In this document: positions 21,949 to 30,904 of the stretch, piece by piece
Layout of the letters: the number at the start of each line of letters is the position of its first letter
How positions within the stretch are numbered: position 1 is the stretch's first letter
DNA from: Nitrospiraceae bacterium
GTDB lineage: Bacteria; Nitrospirota; Nitrospiria; Nitrospirales; Nitrospiraceae
NCBI GenBank assembly: GCA_037442105.1
Contig: JBBIQV010000006.1
Location: 62,001-105,742, forward strand
Reading direction: 5' to 3'
DNA: 43,742 bases
The notes under the pieces: generated by a model
What the model saw: only the letters and a program-made list of their open reading frames with translations
The model's database searches: none
Told to the model about the DNA's origin: nothing
Program-made: the position numbers and the translations under genes

Positions 21949-24210
21949 ATGAGCGCATCCAGAGAACAGCTCCTCGATCACCTCACCCCGCTCTGCCGGG
22001 GAATCGGAGGGGACGTCCTTCGCGATTTCGTGTCGCGGATGGACATGGATTACTTCGAGCGCTTCACGCCAGAGGAGATCGCGCGGCACATTGAGCTGGC
22101 CGACCGGCTCGACCTCGACCACCCATGCCAGATCCTGGTAACGCAGCGGCCGGACCGTCGCATCGACATCGTCGTCGTTGCTTACGACTACTTCTCCGAG
22201 TTCGCGACGATCTGCGGCCTGCTCTCGGCATTCGGCCTGAACATTGAAGAGGGTCGAATCTATACCTTCGCTGATGCGGCTCCGTCGCAACGTCCACCGA
22301 CCGGATGGCCGCCACGCGCTCTCCCGAAAACGCGGGCCGGGTTGAGCCGCAAGAAGATCGTAGACCTGTTTCGAGTCCGTCCCGTCGAAGGTACCGCCTT
22401 CTCTTCCACCGAACAGCGCCGATTGGGCGAAGAGCTGGCCCATATGGTGCAGATCCTCGATGCCGGCAAATTCGAGGAGGCTCGCCACCACGTCAATCGG
22501 CAATTGGTGGAACGGCTTGGAAAACAGCGGGCGACGTTCCGTGGGCTGCTTCAACCGGTCCAGATCGCGTTCGACAACAGCCAGTCCCCGACGGACACGA
22601 TTGTGGACATCCGATCGGACGACACCCCGGCCTTTCTCTATGCCTTCGCCAATGCGCTGGCCATGCGCAACGTGTACCTTACCAAGGCGCAGTTCGAGAA
22701 CGTCGGCACCAAGCTTCATGATCGCTTCTTCGTGCGGAACCGCTTCGGCCAGAAACTGGTGGACACCAAAGATCAGCAGCAGCTTCGGTTCACGGCTGCG
22801 CTTATCAAACAGTTCACCCAGGCATTGACGTGGGCGCCCGATCCCGCCAAAGCCCTCGAAGCCTTCGATCAGTTCCTCGATCTCACCGTGCAAGAGACCA
22901 AAGGCAAGGCCAAAAAACAGGCTCTCGCGTTGCTCAGCAACAAGAAAAGCTTTCCGCTCCTCGCGCGATTGTTCGGAGCGAGCGACTTCCTGTGGGAAGA
23001 TTTTCTTCGCCGCCAGCACGGAAATTTACTGCCGCTCCTTCAGGACTATCGCGATGCGCCGCTGGTCAAACCGCAGGCATCGCTCCGTAAAGAACTCGAT
23101 CACCTTCTGGCCCTGGCCAAGACTGAAGCCGCGCGGAAAGAGACGTTGAACCGGTTCAAAGACCGCGAGCTCTTCCGGATCGATATGAAACACATCGTCG
23201 AGCCCTCGACCAGTCTGGCCGATTTCTCTCTAGCCCTGACCGAGCTGGCCGAGGTGATCGTAAGCCACAGCCTGAAAGACTGCCGGGCCAAGCTGGAGAA
23301 GGCCTACGGTGTCCCTCGCCTGGCGAACAAGAAGCTCTGCCCGTTTTCGATTTTGGGAGCGGGCAAGTTCGGCGGCAGGGAACTCGGCTATGCTTCCGAT
23401 ATCGAAGTGCTGTTCGTGTATGGAGGGCCGGGACACACCAGCGGCAAGCAGGCCATCGAGAACAGCGAATATTTCGAACGCCTCGCGCAGGAACTCTTGC
23501 AGTGGATCGAGGCGAAGCAAGAAGGCATCTTCCACATCGACGTGCGCCTCCGCCCCCACGGCGGCAAGGGCTCACTGACGAACCCGCTCGACGAAATCAC
23601 CAGCTACTACAGTCCTGAAGGGCTGGCCGCGCCATTTGAGCGACAAGCGTTAATCAAGCTTCGCCACGTGGCGGGAGATGTCGCACTCGGCAAAGAAGTC
23701 GAAGCCCATCGCGACCGCTACGTCTACAGCGGGGCACCATGGGACCTCGCCGCCGCCCTCGATCTTCGCCGTCAGCAGATCAAGCAGCTCGTCGAGCCTG
23801 GAACGGTCAACGTGAAACACAGCACCGGCGGACTCGTCGATATCGAATATGCCGTGCAGTACTTCCAGGTGATGCACGGTCATAAGCACGCCGGCTTACG
23901 GACGCCCAACACGATGCAAGCGCTGGCGGAACTCGTGGAGCGCGGCATTGTGAATCGGCAGGACGGCGAGAATCTACGGAAGGCCTACTTTTTCCTTCGC
24001 ATGTTGATCGACGGCCTGCGCATGGTGCGGGGCAACGCGAAGGATTTAGTGCTGCCCCCGCCTGAGTCCGACGAGTTCATCTTCCTCGCCAGGCGCGTGG
24101 GTTACACGACGGAGGATTGGCAAGCAGGAGCGAGGCATTTGCAAGCGGATATTGAGCAACACATGACCGCCACCAAGAATTTCTTCGAACGGATGTTCGG
24201 TCAGCTCTGA
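21949..24210 (+). CDS. Second GlnE-family adenylyltransferase with an N-terminal ACT-like region
   Basis: GAGKFGGRELGYASDIEV, IDVRLRPHG, FERQALIK, VK...GGLVDIEY; N-terminal segments resemble GlnD ACT domains. Confidence 0.8.
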   Translation: MSASREQLLDHLTPLCRGIGGDVLRDFVSRMDMDYFERFTPEEIARHIELADRLDLDHPCQILVTQRPDRRIDIVVVAYDYFSEFATICGLLSAFGLNIEEGRIYTFADAAPSQRPPTGWPPRALPKTRAGLSRKKIVDLFRVRPVEGTAFSSTEQRRLGEELAHMVQILDAGKFEEARHHVNRQLVERLGKQRATFRGLLQPVQIAFDNSQSPTDTIVDIRSDDTPAFLYAFANALAMRNVYLTKAQFENVGTKLHDRFFVRNRFGQKLVDTKDQQQLRFTAALIKQFTQALTWAPDPAKALEAFDQFLDLTVQETKGKAKKQALALLSNKKSFPLLARLFGASDFLWEDFLRRQHGNLLPLLQDYRDAPLVKPQASLRKELDHLLALAKTEAARKETLNRFKDRELFRIDMKHIVEPSTSLADFSLALTELAEVIVSHSLKDCRAKLEKAYGVPRLANKKLCPFSILGAGKFGGRELGYASDIEVLFVYGGPGHTSGKQAIENSEYFERLAQELLQWIEAKQEGIFHIDVRLRPHGGKGSLTNPLDEITSYYSPEGLAAPFERQALIKLRHVAGDVALGKEVEAHRDRYVYSGAPWDLAAALDLRRQQIKQLVEPGTVNVKHSTGGLVDIEYAVQYFQVMHGHKHAGLRTPNTMQALAELVERGIVNRQDGENLRKAYFFLRMLIDGLRMVRGNAKDLVLPPPESDEFIFLARRVGYTTEDWQAGARHLQADIEQHMTATKNFFERMFGQL

Positions 24211-24304
24211 GTCAGTAGAGTAGCAGGTCTCTCGCAGCCTCAGCCCTCGACCTACAGTTTGCACACAGGCCTAGCCTTCTATTAATGATCCGATTGCGAC
24301 CGAT

Positions 24305-24357
24305 ATTCGGCTCACGTTATAAGAAAATGTGAGCCGAATCGGCTATAATTCGGTTCA
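24305..24357. promoter_or_regulatory. Putative operator upstream of the Fic gene
   Basis: Inverted repeat ATTCGGCTCAC-N13-GTGAGCCGAAT plus a third half-site ATTCGGTTCA at the start codon; TATAAT at ~24344. Confidence 0.55.
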
Positions 24358-25457
24358 TGCCTTACAACTGGCAGCAAGAAGGCTGGCCCCAATTCCGATA
24401 CGACCTATCCGGCGTTGAAGACGTCTTATTTGCGTTTACTGAGAGAGCCGGTCGTGCGAGCGGACTCCTGAAAGGGTTGACAGCCGACGCGCAGACGGAA
24501 GCCTCAATTGAACTGATGGTGGTGGAAGCCGTCAAGACCTCCGCAATCGAAGGGGAACTGTTGAGCCGGAAAGATGTGATGTCGTCTATCCGGAACAATC
24601 TCGGCCTGGCCCCCGAGGCGCCGGGCGGAGACAAACGGGCGGCAGGGGCCGCGGCTCTGATGATCGATGTCCGCAACAGTTTTGCGGCGCCGCTTTCCGA
24701 GGAGATGCTGTTCGACTGGCACCGGATGATTATGCAGGGCCACCGGCATGTCGCAGCCGGCCAGTGGCGGACGCACGCCGAACCGATGCACGTGGTGTCC
24801 GGGCCGGTGGGACATGAACGGGTACATTTTGAAGCGCCGCCGTCGTCGCACATTCCCAAGGAGATGGCACGCTTCATCCAGTGGTTCAATGGCACCGCCC
24901 CGGGCGGGAATGCGGAGATTCGGAAAGCGCCGGTGCGCGCGGCTGTGGCCCATCTCTATTTCGAGTCGATCCATCCATTCGAAGACGGCAATGGCCGCAT
25001 CGGCAGAGCTTTGTCCGAAAAGGCGTTGTCGCAGGGGCTTGGACGACCGGCCCTGTTGAGCCTGTCCAGGGTCATTGAAGCAAAACGGAAGGAGTACTAC
25101 GACGCGCTGAAGGAAGGGCAGCAGTCGAACGAGATCACGCCCTGGATCATGTGGTTTGTCCACATGGTGCTGGAGGCGCAAGTCCAGGCCGAAGAACTGA
25201 TCGAGTTCACACTCAAGAAAACCAGACTGTTCGAACGGTTTCGCAATCAGCTCAACGAACGGCAATTGAAAATTCTCCGCCGCATGCTCGAAGAAGGCCC
25301 AACGGGTTTCGAAGGCGGCATGAGCGCCAAGAAATACATGTCGATCACGGGAACGTCCAAAGCAACGGCCACGCGCGACTTGCAGGACCTGGCAGACAAG
25401 GGAGTGTTCGTGCCTGCCGGCGGCGGCCGAAGCACGCATTACAAGGTCAACTTGTAG
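24357..25457 (+). CDS. Fic-family protein (DUF4172-like N-terminus, C-terminal HTH)
   Basis: Canonical HPFEDGNGRIGR motif; YNWQ...WP.F.Y N-terminus; SKATATRDL.DL. Confidence 0.93.
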   Translation: MPYNWQQEGWPQFRYDLSGVEDVLFAFTERAGRASGLLKGLTADAQTEASIELMVVEAVKTSAIEGELLSRKDVMSSIRNNLGLAPEAPGGDKRAAGAAALMIDVRNSFAAPLSEEMLFDWHRMIMQGHRHVAAGQWRTHAEPMHVVSGPVGHERVHFEAPPSSHIPKEMARFIQWFNGTAPGGNAEIRKAPVRAAVAHLYFESIHPFEDGNGRIGRALSEKALSQGLGRPALLSLSRVIEAKRKEYYDALKEGQQSNEITPWIMWFVHMVLEAQVQAEELIEFTLKKTRLFERFRNQLNERQLKILRRMLEEGPTGFEGGMSAKKYMSITGTSKATATRDLQDLADKGVFVPAGGGRSTHYKVNL

Positions 25458-25480
25458 GAAGAGTTGATCGGCGTAAAATG

Positions 25481-25652
25481 AAGGGTTTGGTACTCCCGCC
25501 GGCCGATTCCGACAAGTTCATCTTCCTCGCCCGCCGCGTCGGCTATACCACCGACGACTGACAGACGGGGGCTAGGCAGTTGGAGACGGATATTGGGGGA
25601 GCATATGAAAAGAGTGCGTGAGTTTTTCGAACGATCGTTTGGGAAATTATAG
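25481..25652 (+). pseudogene. Degenerate duplicate of the 3' end (24040-24210) of the glnE-like gene
   Basis: Reads KGLVLPPADSDKFIFLARRVGYTTDD*QTGARQLETDI/EHMKRVREFFERSFGKL* versus KDLVLPPPESDEFIFLARRVGYTTEDWQAGARHLQADIEQHMTATKNFFERMFGQL*; one stop and one +1 frameshift. Confidence 0.9.
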
Positions 25653-25777
25653 GGAGGCGGGAGCATCATATTTGGTCGCCGGAAACCCATACGTCCTCCA
25701 CCTGCCTCCCCATCGCCTCTTGACCCGGCCGCCTGTTCAGCATAGTATCGACACCGTCTCTACATTGAGAACGGTGC

Positions 25778-26020
25778 ATGAGAACAAGAGCGCAGAAGTG
25801 GGGCAACAGTCTCGCGGTCCGAGTCCCCAAGAGCGTCGCCACGCAGGTCGGACTCAAACCGCAGGACGATTTGGAGATCGAGGTGCAGGATGGCAATGTC
25901 GTCTTGAAGCCGCACCTCCGCCGGACGTATCGCCTTGACGACCTCGTCAAACGGATCACCAGAAAGAACGTGCACGGCAAAATCGACGCGGGCGTTCCAG
26001 TCGGCCGCGAGATTTGGTGA
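25778..26020 (+). CDS. mazE: AbrB/MazE antitoxin
   Basis: QKWGNSLAVRVP...Y.LD.L...IT..N.H..ID.G.PVG.E.W. Confidence 0.92.
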   Translation: MRTRAQKWGNSLAVRVPKSVATQVGLKPQDDLEIEVQDGNVVLKPHLRRTYRLDDLVKRITRKNVHGKIDAGVPVGREIW

Positions 26021-26163
26021 TGAAGAAACCCGCCTATGTCCCAGACCGCGGGGACATCGTCTGGCTGCAATTCAATCCTCAGGCCGGTCATGAACAGGCG
26101 GGGCATCGGCCCGTACTCGTCCTCTCATTGGCGTCTCCGCAGTTTCGTCACGAAGCTTCATGA
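26020..26163 (+). pseudogene. mazF: Truncated MazF toxin
   Basis: Manual translation MKKPAYVPDRGDIVWLQFNPQAGHEQAGHRPVLVLS, then unrelated sequence and a stop at 47 aa. Confidence 0.88.
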
Positions 26164-26576
26164 ATAATGCGGGCTAGGTGGAGGTTGGGAAGTTGTGCGA
26201 TTCGGGAGGAGGCGGGTTCGCTGATTTCCGCCGGCTACGGCTGCGAATTCCACCGATAGCTCTTCTTCTCGGTGAATTGAGAGAACCTAACATCTCTGCG
26301 GCCTCCGACATCGTCAGTTCCCGCCGATGTCGTCGCGCAACTCTTCAACCCACACCTGCCCGCGCCTCGGCAGGCGGGTCTGTCACACCTCCTGTAGGAC
26401 GGTCGCCCGTGTCATGATGGCCCTCCTTGAGAGCGCACCGTAACCCGGACCGATCACGTGCTACCTACAAGCCGGGCCCGCACATCTTGACCGCCCACAC
26501 TCAAGCCGCGTACTGTGATCTCACGTGCTGAACACACCAACATCCAGTCGCAGTAATCGAGCGCCCGCAACCCGCA

Positions 26577-26798
26577 ATGTTGGATGGCAAGACCCGACCC
26601 CAAATCTTGAATTACACTTTCATTAACGCCGAGGTCGATCCCGTGACATTCATTCCGGTAGTAGGTTTGTTTGCCGGAACCGCCACGTCAGAGGTGTCAC
26701 AGGTAACGGTGTCGTTCAACAACAAGGGCATGGTGCAGTATTTCCAAACAAACAAGAGTCAAGCAACGGGTGGTCCGGGGGCCGGTTCTCCAAGGTGA
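26577..26798 (+). pseudogene. C-terminal fragment of a SmpA/BamE-like lipoprotein
   Basis: Y.F....VDPVTFIPVVGLFAG...VTVSFNNKGMV; no signal peptide. Confidence 0.4.
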
Positions 26799-26801
26799 TT
26801 T

Positions 26802-27710
26802 ATGAGAATAACTTGGCATTTCTTCAGCGTGTCCTACGTTCTTTGCCTCTGCCTGCTGTTCGCTGCTTGTGCCAGTGTCGAAAGTTTGGAACGCCAGGGC
26901 GGAGGCAGAACTTACCACCAGCCCTACGCCGTCACTTATCGAAGTGCAGTGGAGGCCTTGGAAGATCTTGGTTTCATCGTGAAATCGGACGATCGCGAGC
27001 GAGGTGAGATTCGCGCCCAGTTCGGCCAGTACCGCAAGGGATTTCTTTCTCTCTGTTATGGGAACGTGATCGGAGTGTTTCTGACCCCTGTGGGTGAGAA
27101 TGAAACCAAGGTAGAAGTCCAGGAAAAATATGTCTACAGCATTCAAACCAATCTAGACTGCGACGAGAAAGCTCCTCTCGTCTTTTCCAAGTTAGGAGCC
27201 AAACTATCGAGTGGCGTCTTCTTGGCCAGCGCATCTGCTACCCCATCTGAATCCTTACCGATAGTTGTCGATGAGGTCTTCGACAATCGCATCAAGGACT
27301 TGGCCCGTCAACTCTCATTAGGGCTGCAGAATAACCGCGTCACTCGGCTCGCCGTTCTCCCCTTTGAGGACGCGTCGCATGGGTTAAATAAACCCCTCGG
27401 AAACTACCTGACCGACAAGTTGACGATGGAGCTTTTCAAGACAGGCCTAGCCAAGATTGTAGAACGCTCACGTCTCACCAAGGTCTTCGATGAACTGAAA
27501 CTTGGAACGAGTCCGACCTTCGACGACACAACAGTGAAGAGCGTAGGCCGTCTCTTAGGCGTTGATGCTGTGGTGCTCGGGGCATTTGCCCAACTTAGTT
27601 CCCAGAAGGTTGACGTCAATTCGCGTCTTGTGAATGTTGAGACGGCCGAAATTCTTGCAATGGGATCAGTTCAGGTGCCGACGGCCTCATTCCGGAAGCT
27701 GAGCCCGTGA
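26802..27710 (+). CDS. Lipoprotein with a C-terminal FlgO/CsgG-like domain
   Basis: Lipobox FAAC; LAVLPF...IVERS.L.KV..E..L...VGRLLGVDAVV.G...RLVNVETAEIL. Confidence 0.75.
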   Translation: MRITWHFFSVSYVLCLCLLFAACASVESLERQGGGRTYHQPYAVTYRSAVEALEDLGFIVKSDDRERGEIRAQFGQYRKGFLSLCYGNVIGVFLTPVGENETKVEVQEKYVYSIQTNLDCDEKAPLVFSKLGAKLSSGVFLASASATPSESLPIVVDEVFDNRIKDLARQLSLGLQNNRVTRLAVLPFEDASHGLNKPLGNYLTDKLTMELFKTGLAKIVERSRLTKVFDELKLGTSPTFDDTTVKSVGRLLGVDAVVLGAFAQLSSQKVDVNSRLVNVETAEILAMGSVQVPTASFRKLSP

Positions 27711-27738
27711 AGCAGCCCCAATACTTTGGTTCGCCTGG

Positions 27739-27951
27739 ACGGGGTCAGGTCTTGCAATCACACATTGGATGAGCCAAGCCAGAGCTTCACTGGCAAAGAC
27801 GCAAAGACGGGGTCAGTTCTTGACTTTGCACTTGGCGAAGACGCGCACCAGGGGAAACGGGGTCTTGCCATCACACATGACGTAGTTTCCCGGCGCGAAC
27901 GGAAACGTAAGGGGTCGGGAATCTTTTCCGACCGGCCCGTTTCCCGGCGCG
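27739..27951. repeat. Cluster of GGGGTC-type REP-like repeats
   Basis: ACGGGGTCAGGTCTTGCAATCACACATT, ACGGGGTCAGTTCTTGACTTTGCACTT, ACGGGGTCTTGCCATCACACAT, GGGGTCGGGAATCTTTTC; direct repeat GTTTCCCGGCGCG x2. Confidence 0.65.
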
Positions 27952-28188
27952 CGGCGACGCTTCTCTCTTAGCCCGTTCGGTCTACGTCTAACGATTCGCG
28001 GTCACGGCGAGGCGGAACCCTAATGCGTGGAGGAGCACATCGAGGCTCCTGAATTCAGGATTGCCGCGCTCGGAGAGCATCTTGAAGAAGATATAGCGAT
28101 TTGATCGAGTTCTCTGCCCCCTCATACGGGCGGTCAAAATTCGAGGACGTGACTTCTCGCGTCAATAACGATAAGCTCCGCCGCAACT

Positions 28189-28734
28189 GTGAGCGATGAA
28201 CTCGACATCCTGAAATCGGTCGCGGCGCGGTTGGAGGCGGCCGGCATTCCCTACATGGTCACGGGGTCCATGGCGACCAACTTCTATGCCACGCCCCGGA
28301 TGACACGCGATATCGACCTCGTTGTCGAGTTGGGGGAGGCGGACGTGGAGCGCGTCGTGAGCCTTTTTCAGGACGACTATTACATCGATCGAGAAATGGT
28401 CCGGCAGGCGGTCAGCCATCGGTCCATGTTTAACATGATTCACAGCACGGTCGTGGTCAAGGTGGATTGTGTCGTCAGAAAAGACAGTGAATATCGGCGC
28501 GAAGAATTTTCTCGGCGCCGCACCGTAACCATTGACGGTCAGCCGGTGAGCCTCGTGGCGCCGGAAGACCTGATTCTGTCCAAGCTGGATTGGGCCAAGG
28601 AGAGTCGCAGTCAGATGCAACTCGACGACGTGCGGAACCTGCTCAGATCGGTGCAGAACCTCGACCGCGCGTATCTGAAGCGATGGGCGGATCGCCTGGG
28701 GCTGGCTGAGCTCTATCGTGAGGGGCAACCATGA
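28189..28734 (+). CDS. Nucleotidyltransferase-family protein (putative toxin)
   Basis: GIPYMVTGS.A...Y..PR.TRDIDLVV NTase motif; PEDLILSKL.W. Confidence 0.8.
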   Translation: MSDELDILKSVAARLEAAGIPYMVTGSMATNFYATPRMTRDIDLVVELGEADVERVVSLFQDDYYIDREMVRQAVSHRSMFNMIHSTVVVKVDCVVRKDSEYRREEFSRRRTVTIDGQPVSLVAPEDLILSKLDWAKESRSQMQLDDVRNLLRSVQNLDRAYLKRWADRLGLAELYREGQP

Positions 28735-28991
28735 ATGATACGCCGCCTGATGTAGCCGAGCGGTATCGGGCCATGCTGCTGCAGCGGACGGGAGCAGAAC
28801 GCCTGATCATGGGCTGCGCCATGCGCGACACCGCGCGGGCCTTCGTGGAAGCCTCCCTGCGCGAGCAAGACCCGCAGGCCACCGCGGAGGCGATCCGCAA
28901 AGGCCTGTTTCTTCGTTTCTACGGCCACGAATTCGATGCCCCCACGCGTGCCAAGATTCTTGCCGCCATCGAACAAGCGGGGCAGCCGTGA
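28731..28991 (+). CDS. Small partner protein of the NTase (putative antitoxin)
   Basis: ATGA overlap; MNDT.P........L...T..ERL.MG..M pattern. Confidence 0.7.
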   Translation: MNDTPPDVAERYRAMLLQRTGAERLIMGCAMRDTARAFVEASLREQDPQATAEAIRKGLFLRFYGHEFDAPTRAKILAAIEQAGQP

Positions 28992-29364
28992 AACATTGGG
29001 GCCTGACATCATTTTCTTAGCCGGTCGGCTGAGAAATGGCGGCTCCATTGGCAACCGTCCGATCTGAAATGGCACGAGCATCCGGGCCCGTCATCGAGCG
29101 ATCGGATCGACGACTTGGTTTGAGAAATCGAGGCCGAGCCGCTGGCCTGCTTCTGCGGATGAGTAGACAAGGGTACGGCTATCAGGTCTCTCGTGGCTGT
29201 GCTTCCAATAGTGCCCCGCAAGCAGGCGGCTTTTCCGAGCCCCTCAGGTGGCAAAGGCAAGACCTCGTCCGGCTTTCATACCTTATTCGCGAAGCAGTCT
29301 TAACTGGCTGCAAAAGAGCCGCGAATCGGAGCGCGATGGGAGGCTGGCCGGACTGATCAATCAG

Positions 29365-29468
29365 AAAAAGTAGCCTGTCCCCTTTTCCTTCTTTGTCCCC
29401 TTTTCCTTCTTCTTTTCCTTCTTCCCCTTTTCCTTCTTTCTTTTCCTTCTTGTCCCCTTTTCCTTCCC
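29365..29468. repeat. Pyrimidine-rich tandem repeat, (TGTCCC)CTTTTCCTTCT x ~6
   Basis: AAAAAGTAGCCTGTCCCCTTTTCCTTCT followed by degenerate copies. Confidence 0.85.
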
Positions 29469-29476
29469 GTGATGGG

Positions 29477-29881
29477 TTATTCCACAGGAATCATCCTGAG
29501 AAAATCGACCAGGCGCACAATGGGAATGCCTTCAAACTCTTTGAGCTTAAGAAGATGGTGATCGCCAGTGACGATAAGATCGGCCTGAGCCATCACCGCG
29601 CACTCAAGAATGCGGTTATCGGGCACATCCTCAAGCACTGTCACTTTGCGCGACGGACGGACGATTGTCGCCGCGCGGCCAATCATCTTCAACGCAGCGG
29701 TGATGTCTTTTTCCGGTTGATCAAACTTTGCGCGAAGGATGCGAGCGGTCTCTGTGAGGATGGGAACTGAACAGTACAGTTCAACCTTACGGCGATGGGC
29801 AAGCAGAAAAGCGTCTTCGCTTTTGCTGCCATGAATGATGAAGGCCGACACGAAGATATTCGTGTCGAAGACCACCTTCAT
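29477..29881 (-). CDS. PIN-domain toxin (VapC-like, PIN_3 type)
   Basis: MKVVFDTNIFVSA...E...D.PDNRILECA...ADLIVTGD.HLL.L. Confidence 0.9.
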   Translation of the reverse strand: MKVVFDTNIFVSAFIIHGSKSEDAFLLAHRRKVELYCSVPILTETARILRAKFDQPEKDITAALKMIGRAATIVRPSRKVTVLEDVPDNRILECAVMAQADLIVTGDHHLLKLKEFEGIPIVRLVDFLRMIPVE

Positions 29882-30126
29882 CAGCGGTCCTCAAACACGA
29901 TCCGTTCAACGTCCTCCTCGGTCAGCACCCCTTGCTTCCTGGACCGGCGCGCCATCTTGCGCTGGAGCGCGAAGAATTCTTGTTCCTCGCACTCTGCCTT
30001 GTAGGTATTCACCATCCGGCGAAACAGGTCGCTCTTGGTCGTCCCCTCACGCTCCGCGAGCCGCTCATACTCTCTCGCAAGCGCGGGACTGACCGAAAAC
30101 CCCAGCACCGCCGTTTTTCGTGCCAC
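29881..30126 (-). CDS. Ribbon-helix-helix (CopG-like) antitoxin
   Basis: LGFSV.P.L...YERLA.REG.TKSDLFR; TGATG overlap with the PIN gene. Confidence 0.85.
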   Translation of the reverse strand: MARKTAVLGFSVSPALAREYERLAEREGTTKSDLFRRMVNTYKAECEEQEFFALQRKMARRSRKQGVLTEEDVERIVFEDR

Positions 30127-30137
30127 GAGTGACTCCT

Positions 30138-30156
30138 AGTTTAACTGGGTTAAACT
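30138..30156. promoter_or_regulatory. Putative RHH antitoxin operator
   Basis: Perfect inverted repeat AGTTTAAC-TGG-GTTAAACT just upstream of the antitoxin RBS. Confidence 0.6.
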
Positions 30157-30199
30157 CTAGCACGCCTGCGAAACCATGGCAATCCTAACAAGAGATATA

Positions 30200-30321
30200 G
30201 GGGTCAAGAGAACAATTTCGTTGACAGCAGACCGGCAGAAAAGTAGGGAAGCGGCTGAAAGGGGAAACGCAGGGACGACCGAAAGGGTGGACCGCTCCTT
30301 AGAAATTGCACTCTTGACCCC
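30200..30321. repeat. Inverted REP-like pair (REPIN-like)
   Basis: GGGGTCAAGAGAACAATTTC ... GAAATTGCACTCTTGACCCC, 18/20 complementary. Confidence 0.7.
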
Positions 30322-30333
30322 GATTGTCCCCAA

Positions 30334-30680
30334 GATCGGTGGACCCTCCTGCAGCGCGTTCGAACCTTTTTTGAGGCCCAAGGCCCCTGATCCTCGCATT
30401 CCCGCCGCTTGAGCGCCTGTCACGCCCCTTGCGTGCGCCCATTCGGATTGGCCTTGCGGTGGCAAGGGGGCGTGCCAGGCGCGCTTTGCCTCGGTCACTC
30501 GCCTTGCAGAGGCTCTGAGGGTCTCTGTCCTCGGGCTCCAGCCCCGCAGGGTCTTCCGCTGCCTGCGGCCAGAGCCCCTCTGGAGCCGCAAGGCTCGTGC
30601 CCTCGGCGTTCGGATCGCGCAGAACTTCTCAGACTCTCAACCCCCGCAAGCGAGCACCGCCCAGCCTTCCGGCCCGCCCA
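30334..30680 (+). repeat. Left copy of a 347-bp inverted repeat
   Basis: Reverse complement of 43359-43705; inner 282 bp identical by inspection, 6 mismatches in the outer 65 bp. Confidence 0.95.
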
Positions 30681-30904
30681 AGGCAACCAGGCAAAGAAGA
30701 TCGCCCCCAAAGAGTTCGCGGGAGACTGCCTGCGACAGACTCCCGCTCACCAGACTGTAAAGGTGTGGCTTCGTGGCTCGCGCCACCAAGCCAATCTTCC
30801 ATCTACGGTCCCCCGCCCGCCCGGCTGTCTCAGTCGGGCGGCTTCAGCCCCTCCGGGTCTTTCGCTTCCGCCCTTGGTGAGCCAGCCCTCCCCCTTTAGA
30901 TGAG

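Noticed and set aside
27985..28100. attC-like GTCTAAC
   Set aside because: No complementary GTTRRRY core or paired arms found downstream
30292..30333. Peptide LLRNCTLDP as an extra recombinase remnant
   Set aside because: It coincides with one arm of the GGGGTCAAGAG inverted pair and lies outside the shared homology, so it is probably coincidental
30409..30903. ORFs 30409-30903 (+) and 43115-43630 (-) as duplicated genes
   Set aside because: Their identity comes from the inverted repeat; TTG start, Pro/Arg/Ala-biased sequence, and unrelated sequence past the repeat edge
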